Source: Paecilomyces variotii
Lineage: Eukaryota
Direction: 5' to 3' (one strand)
Length of the DNA stretch: 64,000 nucleotides
Assembly (NCBI GenBank): GCA_004022145.1
Contig: RCNU01000001.1
Shown here: positions 36,761 to 49,874 of the stretch, piece after piece
Numbering within the stretch: position 1 is the stretch's first letter
Layout of the letters: every line of letters starts with the position of its first letter
Program-made: the position numbers and the translations under genes
Notes under the pieces: generated by a model
Database searches by the model: none
Told to the model about the DNA's origin: nothing
Seen by the model: the letters and a program-made list of their open reading frames with translations, nothing else

Positions 36761-38547
36761 CCGGGAGCAGTGGAGGAATCGTCTAATCGGCACGCTATCG
36801 ACCTTAAGGTCTCATCTGCCTGCCTTTGAGACGATTTCTCATATTTAGATTCTAATGAGCGCCACGAGAAAGGCGTCTAGTATATGCCAACTGCCGGCGT
36901 TGTGCGGCTGTAGGTTGCAGCAGGTTGATGTGCCAGAGGTTCTTATCAGTATTGATGGACCCAAGACGAGATGTGGTCTCTGAATCATTATCCCCAGGTC
37001 TTTTGTTCAGATGGGGCTGAAGCGCTGTCTATCATGTGGAAAGGGTCTGGCAGGGACATGGGAGCACCGAGATATGACCAGAGGAAGACGCACGGAGAGC
37101 TCATTGCCGTCCATTTGGAGAAACTCAGATGTGGACAAGAGCATCGCCGTATGCTATAATAATAATCAGGAATACCTGAGCCATCTCAACCCCATGAATC
37201 AGGTAGACGAGTAAGCTGAAGAATCCTGCATAGACTTGCGCCAATGAAAGAGTAGCCTGCTGTTGTTTTGCGAGGAAAAGAAAGTTACAGAGACAATGCG
37301 ACCCAGAGCAGAACCACCGCGAGAGCAACACTCATCGCACCGGTAGTAACGTTACCGTCGCACTCGGAATGTGCACGTTGTCTCTGACTTGAAACTACTC
37401 TGTGCGTTCAACGGTCGAAAGCCGCATAAACTAGAGAAAGAGATGAAACCAGGGTCCGACTGATTGATAACGGGAACCCGGCAAATCGGCGTGCAATATT
37501 GAAAATTACCGTGTTTTACTAGTAGTACAAAACATTTCAACCGGCCTAAAGTACGGAGTACGTAGTAGTATAATAATAATAATATACCAGTTAGTTCACG
37601 ATCTAATCTGATAAAAGTCTATTCCCCATCAGTTCCCAAGTAAACCCACCGAAGGGATCACTACTAGCGTACAATAATCATACAAGTGTCAAGGCAGGTC
37701 TTATGCCTCGTGTCCGTGCTGATCAGATGTGGACATCGCATTGAAGATCCCCTCCACCTGCATTATTATCTTCTGCCGTGCCGACATCAGGTCATTATTT
37801 AACTACCAACTTAACTAACTAGCTAGTTACATATCCATATCCTCCGAACTCGGCAGAAAACCAACATAGACCGGATCAACATCCCGCACGAAAGGGAGTT
37901 GGATCGTGCTCAATTGCCGCAGCTTGTTTGTCAGAGAGAGACTTAGTTACACTACTTAGGCGGCAAGAAACAAGCAATGCGGGCAGGTTTAGTTCACCCC
38001 GCTAAGTAGGTAATATGGGTCAGTCCCTCAGTGGGTTTAATGTCGTATTTTCGTTGCCGTGTTTCTTTTGAGTCGATCATCATATACGCATATGGGGAAT
38101 GACTTGAGTCCACTTTCTACAGGTTTCTTTTCTTTTCGTCGACCATCGTTCTCACACAGCAGGCGAGAATCGGAGCAGAAGAAGGGTTTTGGGTTCAGGG
38201 GTTTTCCTTGGATGGCTTCTGAGGGATTGAAGGGTGGTATAACGGCTAAATAGATACTTAGTGGATATCATAATGCAGCCAAACTAGAGCAGCAAGGAAC
38301 ACTACGCATACCGGGGGAAACTAACCAGGATAGGCACTTACGTGGTGGAAGGATGCAGAGAATCCATCTGCTTCTATGGATGAAGAAATGCTATTCTGCT
38401 ATAATAACGCTATCAGTTGGAAAATGTAACAGTAACTACATGGATCTCTTCCAAAGTTAGACAGGCATGTACATTCATTCCCTAAGTGTTTATTCTACAC
38501 ATGATCATACGTAGTTAACTAAATGAAACTAAGAAAAAGCTTGACTC

Positions 38548-40681
38548 TCACGAGTCACGCCCCAAGATAGACAGCACAACATGGCGAAGCTTGTCTGTGC
38601 ATTGCACCTCATCTCCCAGTATTTCCTGGCACCTCCAACCCACCATCCGGTCAGGTCGGACGAGAATACAGCCCGTTTCATCAACCTGGCGAATACGAGC
38701 CCAATCAAAGTAGAAATCTTCATAGTCCTGGCGGAAACCGATGGAATATGCATTGATCGGCACCCCGAGACTTTCTCCAACCTGGGAGGCGGCTATTTTC
38801 CAAGCATCACCGCCAATGCCAGTGAGAATGGTAAATGCACCGTGTCCCGCTAGGTCGACTGTGGAAATGGGCTCACCAGGGATACGCTTGTTCAGCCACA
38901 CATGTGGTAGACGGCGGCCTGGATACGTACTCCGGTGGTATATTAAATCCTGGTCCTGAGCTAGAAGTTCAGGGGTGTAGTAGGGCTCCGTTTCATCATC
39001 CGAGTAGATCGCTTTACTCTGGTAAAACTGGCCCATTTCCCGTCCGAGGGCGTGATATTCATGTTGTGCCTCCTCAAGAGCGGCTTGAAGATTCTTGCGT
39101 CGGGTACGGCCTTCTTCGGTAGGCAAGGTAAGCTGATGGAGTGCTTGCATTTTCTCTTCGGGGGTTGGCAAGGATACCCCGAATGCTTCCCAGATTGGGC
39201 CGTGATGACGGAACGACTGATTAGCACGAGCAACAATTCCACTGCCTACGGGTTGTCGTTCAACCGAGTATGTGTCGAGGAGAGAAGACGATGCCTGGCC
39301 TGTTTCCATTTTTGGTAATTAATTGGTTACTCGATATAGACAGGAGCTAGAAGGTTGTGTACACAAACCTTTCAGGACATAGGCGATCTTCCAGGCCAAG
39401 TTGTACGCATCCTGGATACATGTATTCGAGCCGAGTCCGTTCGAAGGAGGATGTCTGTGAACTGCGTCCCCTAGACAGAACCTGCGATAGAATCAGCAAC
39501 AGAATCGTTGCGTGGAAGAATTGAAAGTATCTCATACACTCTTCCTTTGGATAGGTCTTGGCCACAACCTCATTCAGTCGCCATTTCGACACATTTATGA
39601 GCTCTACCGGGATCGAGTCGTCCCCGATCCACTCTTTCATCCGCTGAACCCATTCTTCTTCAGTGGGCATGCGGGTCAACCCATTTTGACGATCGGGGAT
39701 CACAATGAACAACCATTCGTTCCATGGCTTGACCATTCTGGCAATTCCTGCCCATCCAAACACCGGATGCTCCTTATCTGGCTGCAAGAGCCAGTGGAGG
39801 GTGCCCTCGCGATGTTCCATATAGCGGGAGAGATCTGCTCTGATAAGAACGTTGAATGCAGTTCCCTGATCAGGCTTAACATCTAGCTCGAGACCTAGCT
39901 GCCGAAAGACTTGACTTCGAGCACCATCCGCTCCGAAAAGGTATTTTGATCGAACCTTGTATTCCAAACCAGAGACATTATCTCGAAGTGTGGAGATTGT
40001 ACCGTTTGCGTTCTCTGTAAAATGGACGAAGGTGGTATCAAAGCGGCAAGTGAAGCCATTTAGCGTAGCATGTCGTACGAGAATTGGCTCAAGGAGAGTC
40101 TGGGGCAGGTCGAGTGGTTCGCAGGGACTTGCGGTTTCGTAGTCACCCTGTTGGGATGTTCTCAGTTCTTGTTACGGATAATACCCGGATTCCAAAAAAT
40201 GACAAACCTTTCTCTTGGGATCGTTCCCCCAGGAGTAACTGCGCATATACTCCTCCCCAGCCATACTGTATGCCCAGCGAGTATTTATCATGTGTGATCC
40301 ATTTGTTCCCAGGCGTTTACATTCTTTCTCTAGACCAATATCCCGGAGACACTCTGGTAAATCAACGTCAGTATCAAGTTTTTTTCCTTTGAGAAGTTGA
40401 CTTACCCATAGCGGCCATATTCGTAAAATGTGCTCTGGGAGTATCAGCACTCCCCGGAGCTGAGCTGACCATTATCCCACGGATGCCTGGACGATTAGCA
40501 TTATGAATATCAATATTTTTTGAGAGGAACTACGTGAGACTTCACACTCACCATGCATAGCAAGAAAACCCGCTAGAGATGCACCCGCTGGCCCTGTTCC
40601 GATGATGAGAACGTCTGTCGAAATGACTGGCTCTGGCTCGCCATGGTGGCCATCGCCATTGGTCAAGTGGACTATAGTCAT
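38548..40681 (-). CDS. FAD-dependent phenol-type monooxygenase (FAD_binding_3; 2,4-dichlorophenol 6-monooxygenase-like), with an apparent 1-nt frameshift at ~39551
   Basis: Six exons. DVLIIGTGPAG, PRAHFTNMAAMECLRDIG, DLPQTLLEPILV, YLFGADGARS, FCLGDAVHRHPPSNGLGSNTCIQDAYNLAWK, YPGRRLPHVWL, ILVRPDRMVGWR. Confidence 0.88.
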
Positions 40682-42874
40682 ATTGGGAAGGTGATACAGC
40701 GAGATGAGTATACAGTGCTTCCGAAAGGGCTCTGAACAGACAGACTAGAACAAGGAACAGAACAGAACAACTCAATCGGTAAATCGGACTACGGGAAATA
40801 ATTTATGTATGTATGAACACCACCTGATCCTAGACTGCCATACATCCGAAAAATCGGCGAGTTTCGATAGAGACTATCTATCGGGTCTTTCTCCTCCCGC
40901 TACGTAAGATTCGTAGATCTCTCGTAGTTCGAGTCTTAATGGAATCAAGACACGGACTAATAGACCAGTCCCGCCATCGTACGGATTCTAATTGCGATCT
41001 TCGGTATCAGTAAGATCAAACGGCCAATCTTATCTGATGATCTTGGCCTGTCCGGCTATCGCGCTCAGCAATATATTGGGCAAACTGCGCCCATTCGCTC
41101 CAGTCAAGGTAACTTGCAGCGGTGGGGGGTTACTAAGAAGCCTATGGTACAGAAATCAACTCTTTTATTTGGGAAAGGCCTGTGTTCCTGGTTTTGAGAC
41201 GGATAATCTAGAAAACTATACTCCTTGATATGATCCTATCTCTTTTTTACGGGCGTGACGGAAAGATAGTCGAATACATACCTTCTACTGGCCATATTAT
41301 GGAGCCTACACTAAGTTAGCAGATGATGTCTACGACCATAGGTATCAACAAAAAAGGAACTCAAAAGACCTCACCTGAGTGATCACGAGCCAGGGTTGGC
41401 CAATGCCTCTTCTATACTTCAGCGCGTGTCTCTCTAGTCCTTACAGGCAGTCTTATGGTTTTTATTTTCTTTTTGTGACAAGCAGTGTTGGGCTGTTCTG
41501 CAGATTTCAGGGCATTTATCAGGATTTTTTATTGTTCTATTCCATTTCGGTTCAACCAGTATTGACCACTTGGTTCGCCCAACTGCTACCTACTCTTTGC
41601 TTTTCTTTGTATGTAGTTTTGTAAAGTTACTAGTGCTGTGTTGCCTGGCACTGCCCACCGTTAATCCACGCTAATGCACTCAGTTACACTATACGTTAGT
41701 GTCCTGACAGTTGCGATACTATCACCCGCGTCGGAGGGTCTCTAGGAAAATTTCTCATTGCATAAACTTTCTTGGGGGCCCTCATGGCCTTGATCGCGTG
41801 TGATTTCTTTTTTATCTTATCAGATCATGCCGTCGAAAGCTTGGCGAGGAGAGAACTTATGCATCCCATTCCCCTCCATGTATTTATTATTGTCCAGGGG
41901 TCAGTAGTACAAGTGAGGCTATGTATTGTGCGTATTTCTGATCCCGTCTCTCGGCGAAGGATATCGGGCCGTGTCCGGGCAAACCGCACGATTGGGATGC
42001 CGATATTAGCCTGGAGGTTGTTGATGACAGCCCGTTAAGTTAACTTGTTGGGGAGAATTATCCCGTCCGAGATCAGATCCCGAGATAAGATCAGCATTGT
42101 CCACTCCCTGTTACTTACGTTCTCCCGTGTACCACCGGACATCCGATGAAGGATCAGTCGCTCAGACCCTGGGTCAGGTCAGGTTTAGGAAAAGCTATGA
42201 GATATTATCCATTATTTTACTTTCATGTTGGGGCTATCCGATCCCACGCTCCTGCTTAGGCTGTACTTACTAAGTTGAAATCCCGGGCCTAACTAAAAGC
42301 TAAGAGGCCGACGGTTTCTATTACATATCAGTCAAGCTTTTTGAAGCATTATTCACCCGGTCGATCCGCAATATAATTAAGGATGTTTCTCTCATTTGTT
42401 TCAAGTTTCTCATTGGATCTAATGACGGCCCGATATCGGGACCAATGCGAACACGATGTCAAAACACATGTACCTGTTACAGTGGGTCAGATTATTCATA
42501 CCAATAAAACTAAATATCTGGAGCCGTTATTACTGTATTATTAAATTCATCTAGAGTATTCTCTGCAATATACACGAATGGGATCACACATGAATGACTT
42601 CTCTTTCCTCTATCGTCCTTTCGGCTAACTTTTTTCAGCATGATATTGAAACTCACACGGCGGGAAAGTGCGGGACGGGGATTGTTACATTGTGTTTACA
42701 GTATAGTACTAAAAAAAGAAAAGAGAAAAGGATTAAATAGATTGCCATTGCCAGATGTTTCCACTAGATCAACCCCATCTGTTAGGTTTTCCCTGGATCA
42801 GGGTTGTCTCTCTTTAGAAAATCCCTTCCTTCGTTTCCTGTTATCTGTGCATTTCCAGATATCTACATCCCGCT

Positions 42875-44774
42875 ATGCGTAGCTTCGTTGGTCTTGGGCT
42901 GCTCTCTCTGGCAGCAGCCCTTCCAGCACGGCCTTCGGACTCCACTTACGACTACATCGTTGTTGGAGGAGGAACCAGTGGTCTGGTCGTGGCCAACCGC
43001 CTTTCTGAGCAGAAAGATATAAACGTTCTCGTCATCGAAGCCGGTGGCTCGGTATACAACAACCCCAACGTGACAGACACCAGTGGATATGGAAAGGCAT
43101 TTGGCACTGAGATTGACTGGGCCTACTCAACGGTAGACCAGGAATATGGTGGAGGACATACCACGACTATGCGAGCCGGAAAGGCAATCGGTGGAACATC
43201 CACCATCAACGGCATGGTGTATCTTCGGGCTCAAACCTCTCAGGTCGACGCATGGGAAGCCATAGGTAACAAGGGTTGGAACTGGAGTACCTTGTTCCCT
43301 TACTACAAGAAGAGTGAGCATTTCCAGGTCCCATCCGTCTATTCTTCGCTACGAGGAGCCGGTATTGAATACACTCCCTCCTACCACGGCTACACTGGAC
43401 CTTTGAAGGTTGGTTGGGATTCGGAACAGCTGAACGATGGGCTTGCCCAGACGTTGAACACCACCTATCAAAACCTTGCTGCGCCTGTTCCTTACAACAA
43501 GGACCCCAATGGAGGTTATATGGTCGGATACGCACTCTATCCCAAGACAGTCGACTCCGAGAAGAATATCCGCGAGGACGCTGCTCGTGCATACTACTGG
43601 CCCTACCAGAACCGGACCAACCTTCACATCTTGCCCTACACCAATGCAAACAAGCTCATCTGGAAAGAAGGAGAAGAGGCCACCGCGGATGGCGTCGAGG
43701 TCACTTTCGCGAATGGCACGATTGGCGTTCTGAAGGCCTCTCGTGAAGTGATCTTGGCTGCGGGTGCCCTGAAATCTCCTGTTCTGCTTGAGCTCTCTGG
43801 AGTGGGCAATCCTGCGTAAGTGATCCAGACCCTTTTTTTTTGGTATACTTCCAAGCTAATGGTTGAACCTGTAGTATTCTCTCCAAGTACGGTATCGAGA
43901 CCAAGATCAACCTACCAACTGTTGGCGAGAACCTGCAAGATCAAATTAACAACGGACTTAAGTATCAGTCCAAGACGAATTATAGCAGACAGACTGACTA
44001 TGTCTCGTATCCATCTGCCCCCGAGCTGTTTGGGAACTCTACCACTGCTGTCGCCAATGACGTTCTGCGCAAACTGCCAGCCTATGCAGCCCAGGTTGCG
44101 AAGGCCAATGGCAACGTCACGAAGGCGAGTGACCTCGAACGCTTCTTCAAGGTTCAATGGGACCTGATCTTCAAGTCTCACATCCCTGTGGCGGAGGTTC
44201 TGGTAGAGCCGTCTGGCCTCATCTACGACATGGAATACTGGGCCTCAGTCCCCTTCAGCCGTGGAAGCGTCCACATCCAATCTGCGGACCCCTCTGCGAC
44301 AGCTCGTATTGACCCGAAATACTTCATGCTGGACTTTGACCTTCACGCACAGGCGCAAGTTGCTCGGTTTATCCGCGAGTTATTCAAGACGGAACCATTC
44401 GCCCCGATGGCAGGAGCAGAGACTTCTCCTGGATACTCCAGTGTCCCTAGCAACGCCACAGACTCAGAGTGGGCTCCCTACCTCAAGGCCAACTGTAAGT
44501 GCTCAGCCAGTTCCCGTTGTTTCCTTGTACCTATTCCCCGGTAACCAGAGCTAATATACGAGTAGATCGGTCGAACTACCATCCCATCAGCACAGCAGCT
44601 ATGCTTCCTAAGGAAGCAGGTGGTGTTGTTGATGAATCTCTGAAGGTCTATGGAACCTCCAATGTGCGCGTGGTTGACGCTTCCGTCCTGCCAATGCAGG
44701 TTAGCGGTCATCTGTCCAGCACCGTGTACGCGGTGGCCGAACGTGCCGCAGACATCATCAAAGGAAATATCTAG
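42875..44774 (+). CDS. Secreted GMC oxidoreductase (AA3_2), FAD-dependent glucose dehydrogenase-like
   Basis: Exons 42875-43815, 43875-44494, 44566-44774 in frame. Signal peptide, [69 protein letters not shown]; many N-x-S/T sequons. Confidence 0.9.
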
Positions 44775-47030
44775 AGTGTCGTCCAGGAGCATTTTCCCGG
44801 GTGATTAGAGACGCCCAGGGGTGATCGTTTTCGTCCTATCCGCAATGAGGACCGCAGGCCAGCAGCATATGTAAATAGTCAAACTTCATGTCCGCTGTGA
44901 GATAATTTGGTTCTTTCGACCGTTTAGACAACAAATGATAAGGGATATTTTTATTTGTTTATTAGAGATTATGAAAATGTGGCTAGGTTAGGTAGTTAGA
45001 CTGATAAGCACCTGAAGCTTTGATATTCGTATGAATCTGATTGACAGTTAATGGGTCTCTTGAATGGTTTTCTGCCAAAGAACTGGTCTAGCGCCCGTTA
45101 TTATTGTTATACCTACGGGGTATATTCCATAATCTCCGTAATGCCTGTCCTGATCATCGAGAGATAGGGGAATCGTTCACTCGCAAGAGGTTGACGGGGC
45201 AAAGCTGCTCTGCTTGGAACCACGACTGTGGATTATGACAAGAGGAGGCTGATGTTCTAGAATCAAAGAAATGGAAATAGTAGACCACACTGCCCAAGGG
45301 TCCATTGCTCGATTCCACTCACGGTGTCTCTTGGTCTTCCGCTGCTTCCCGCCAGACGCGAACATCAACAGCCACAATCGCGTGGCTGGGCAATGCGCAA
45401 CTATCGCGACCAACTCTCTGACCTTTCTCGAGAAAGACGAGGCAGTGTTGATGATTCCTCTCACGGAAAGTTGAAAACTCAATCTCAGCAGTTTTCTAAT
45501 TAAATCTCCGATGCGACGCCCGGGCCTCGAGTTCCCGGCCACAATAAGATAAAACGCAACGCCAGGCTCGGCTCCTGAGACACTGAAACACAAGCCGTCG
45601 GAAATCATACCAGGATGGCTGGCCTCAATTTCCACAGACTCGTCGATTTAGGATCCGCTTCTTGGTCTAGCCAATCGAGCAGAGACACTCTCATCCCGGA
45701 TCGATCGCGAAACAGGCCGTCCTGACGTCCCCCGGTCAAGAACAGACTGCATACTCCAATAACGGTCAGTATCTGCGCGATCGGCCAAAGTCATGGCAGA
45801 TGCGACCTGCTCGACAGAGAAGATCGAAGAGGAACTCCTAAGCCGTGATATACAGTAGGCTTCAGGATGATGTGCGTGCTCCTACCAGCCTATTCTAATC
45901 CTCACCTTATACGATCACGCAGCACTCCTGTGGTTAGTGTATCTCGTGAAGTACAGCCTAAGCGGTACTCTCGAATCTTGGGCAAGACTGACTCTTAAGA
46001 TCTAGGCACTCAAGAGACAGTCAGAAGAAGTTAGAGTTCTGTCCCTGGCGATCTCCACTACGGAGCTCTCCGTCGACTCTATGGAATAAGCCATAGCCAG
46101 CCCTCGAGGCGAGCCTATGCGCTTCTTCATACGATCACGGACATGCTGCAACGCCGTCGCAGCTATCCCGTGTTGTCGGGGGTTTTGGTGCTAAACCGTT
46201 GCAGCCCAGTCCCGAGAGTCCGGACGTTTCCCCTTCGTGTCATCTAACTATCATCTGAGTTGGCGGAATTTTCTCTTCTTTCTTCCTCTGTTCTTCTTCT
46301 GCCCTGCGAGCTTAGGCTCGCGACGTCACTCAGTTCCTTTGGAGTCAGGCTTGTGTTGCAAAAAGACAAGTCAAGAGATCTTATTTTACTCCGAAGGCCT
46401 TCTATTCAGAGAGCCGGCCTCTCATCCAGACTGAGACGCTTCAAGTTTGACACTCGCGAACTCCTGGGCAGATAGTCACTCGTTTCTTCTGCATCCCAGT
46501 GCTGACCTTTGGGCGGCACTCTTCTGTTCTTATCGACCAGCTCAAACGACCTGGGTTTACTGTTTTTATTCCACGAGCATTGCATGCCGTACCACTCGTT
46601 TATGCTCGGCTTTCTCGATAAACCTATCCGCGATATACAATATTTGCGCTTTACATTCTAATCTGCAACCTTCGAGACCTGCGGGTTGCCGAGCTAACCC
46701 CCTTTTAATTCGCCAACTGCCATCGGGGGAACAGGTTGGGCAACGATTACGGAAGACCTAGGCAAAGCTCATGTATATTGGGCTTTTGACTTGTCTCCAG
46801 ACGACTAACCGAGATCTTCGATATAAATCGCAACTTGCGATTGTCTTCTTTCTGTTCCTTGGCGAGGCATTCACGACGAATGTCTACTCATCTACCAATA
46901 TCTGCAAGGACAGTCATTCGAGCTTTATGCTTTGACATATTTTCAACGCCATTGAAACAAGCTTATTGCACCTAGTCAACATTTTGGAGGACTTTTATTA
47001 CATTTACGAATCAGGTGATTCGGATTTTCA

Positions 47031-49874
47031 ATGAGCCAACCTCAACGGGGACCGCCAGGCTTTGGTGGTGGTCCCGGCGGACAGGGCTATGGGGGACCAG
47101 GATCTGTTCGGCGGGCGAGGGAGATGCTAGAGAGTGGAATGATTAGAGAAGCTCGAATACAGGCAGTCGAGCCGGAAGGAGAGCAAGGAAATTGGGGGAT
47201 CACAAGAGGAAACTCGAAGCGCAATATCGTCGCCGCCCTTCGAGGTAATCAGAAGCCGTCACTTACGATATCAAAACCAACGCCAATTCCGCAATGGCCG
47301 CTCCGAGATGAGGCGGATTCGCAGCAGGGAGCGGCAAATTTCTCAGGAAGTGCGTTCACATCCAAGGGACCGCCGCCTCAACGACCGCGACGGCCGAGCG
47401 ACGTACCGTCTCTGCTCGATTCTTCTAAAGTTCAGGGAACTACGCCAAATTTTGCCTACCGCGAACCCCAAGCCATTCGTTCTCCCCAGTATGACAGCCG
47501 TGGTCAAGAATTGGAAGTGGAGCCCATGGAGGCCTACCTCAGTCCTCCCAGTACTGGCAAGACCCCCCGTGTATCTGCCGAGTCTGATACGTTAGGGGCT
47601 CTTCCACCAGTCGGTCCGATTCCTGACTTTCCTCTCCCCGGAATGAAATTGCCTCCTGCGCCTTCTCAGCGGCTCGAAGAGTCGTTGTCAGAACGGTCAC
47701 TACGGGGTCCATCCTTTCCATTCTCCACAACATCTTATATCTCAACAATCCCGGAGGAATCAGAGGCCTCCACGAGGAACGCAAATTCTTTTGCTTCTAG
47801 CATGGCCATCCCACCTAGTTGGGGCTCTGAGCGTCCTGAGTCAGACGTTCTGGGAGTGACTTCACCTGCATCAACAGCAACAGATTCGCTTGACTTGAGG
47901 ACCCCCACGTCCAACATTGAAGGAGAATCCGGACTGGTACGCCAGGCAAGTATTGGCAAGAGAGGAAAGCCCTTCTTGCGTACAATAAATCGATCCGGAA
48001 GCGGTGAATCTATGCCACAGGTCAGACAGACCGGCATTGCTCTCGGAAGTCCTTCTGTGGATGGCAGCCCGGCTATCACACCTGGTGCCAGAGTCTCGTA
48101 TGCACGTCCTAGTCCAGGTGTTCAGATCGCCCAGCCTGACACACCCGGCGATACGCGGCTAGACCTGGATTCTTCAGATACCGCCAGCTCTGGTGACAAC
48201 AGATTTCCATATTCGCCTTCAGATGCGGATGCTCCAGGGGTCAGGGCTATCAGCCCCGCTGATATGTCTTCATATTCGCGCTCGGGCCTGGGTGTCCCAG
48301 ACGTCTCTAGATATCCATCAGACGTATCTGGATTTGATGCGCCCTTCATGCTAGATCAGTCGCGGCGGACATTGTCTGCATCCATTCGCAGACCGGACGC
48401 TACCAGAGACGCAGATATGGCCGATATGCGAAGCCCTGGAGAAGGAATGAGTTCGAAGAGGCCGGAGGTCCGTAGGCCACCTCGCCTCAATATCAACGCT
48501 GTGCGAGACGCGGAAGCACGAGGGAGTTTGACTAGTCTGCCTGATCTCATCAGACGTGCCACTAGGGTCGCATCGAATCTCGAGCGCGGAAAGACGGCAA
48601 GTAGGCTGGGAATAATGGACTTCCTAAATAATAGCCAGGAGAAGTTTGACATTACCCGTTCTCGTAAGTAAGACCTGATCAAGATCGTTCAAATGACATG
48701 CTGAGACAGACTTGCAGCAGCAGCAGCTAGCGATCGCCGTGCATCAGAAGCCATCTCCGGTATCCTATCTGCTTTTCCTCCCCCAGGAATCACGCCGAAA
48801 GCTACACCGAGATTTACAGAGGGGGCCACACCGAATGCAACCCAGCGCAGCTCCTGGCCACTTCCTCAAACCATGTCCGACTCGCGGAATATTCAGACGA
48901 GTGGTTCTGATCAGGGGTTGACTGGACAGGACTCTGCTTCGAAAAAGCGACGCTGCTGTGGGATTTCTCGTCGGGTCTTTCTGGTCATCAGTGTTGTCGT
49001 GTTCTTGCTGATTGCGGCTGCCGTTGTTATCCCAGTCGTCGTTGTACTTACTCGCCAGAAGGATACGACTCAGCCAGCCCCTACGGTAACACCGACTACG
49101 ACTCCTGCTCCGCAGACTTTCGAGTGCTCCAATGGAGGTGTCACCATTCATAACGGTGGGAACTTCAGTTGTGTTTGCGCCAATGGGTTTACTGGCACAC
49201 ATTGTACAGTCGCTGGGGACGGCAGCTGTATCACCGCGGCAGTGGGAGGCTCACAGAAAGCTACACTAGGTAGTGACCTACCGCGGCTTCTCCGGCAATC
49301 AGAATCCAATTTCAGCATTCCTCTTGATAGCACGCGGATCCTGAGCTTGTTCAGCTCGAACAATGTTTCTTGTACAACTGAAAACGCTCTGGTGACGTTT
49401 GGCATGTCTAGCCAGAAACGCCGATCATTCGACAGCCAACTGGAAGAATCAGTCTTTCTGCGCCCGAGGACCAACTCTCCTGATTCTCCAAGTTCAGACG
49501 TTGGCGATATAATGGTGGATCCGAGTGCAAAGCCGAGCAAGTCGGAAACCGACACGGCAGCTACATCAACGACAAGCGCTGCACCGGGAACGACCACATT
49601 ACCCGCGGCCCAGATCCAGCATATTCTCGATTTCTCTCGGATTGCCATCCTGTATATCTTCGAGACGACTACCACGATAGGCGCGGCCATTGAGGCCCAG
49701 GAGGATATCCAGGCGTTCCTGACTGGCATGCCCACTTCAAACAATACCATGGGCCTTGACGGGGCAAAAATGGCGCCGGGTTTCGTTTTAGATTTTGAGA
49801 AATTTACGATCACGCTGGCGAACGGGACAGTGGTTGGTGGTGGCACGGGGACTGACACGGGGGGTAATAGTTAA
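47031..49874 (+). CDS. Type II membrane protein with a long disordered N-terminus, one TM helix and an EGF-like domain
   Basis: Exons 47031-48663 and ~48718-49874 join in frame. RRPPRLNINAVRDAEARGSLTSLPDLIRRATR block; KKRRCCG plus TM; CSNGG..CVCANGFTGTHC. Confidence 0.82.

Noticed and set aside
36800..38500. Possible transposon or RIP relic in long spacers (also 40700-42800, 44800-47000, 50000-51400)
   Set aside because: No terminal repeats, target-site duplications or transposase/RT motifs; only short ORFs and TA-rich patches.
38520..38550. Stop-codon readthrough to cryptic peroxisomal signals
   Set aside because: The enzyme-gene stops I checked (monooxygenase, GMC, ApbA-like, COQ4, MET3, MET16, SER2, LIP5) lack the TGA-CTA context, and the monooxygenase extension gives no SKL-type end.
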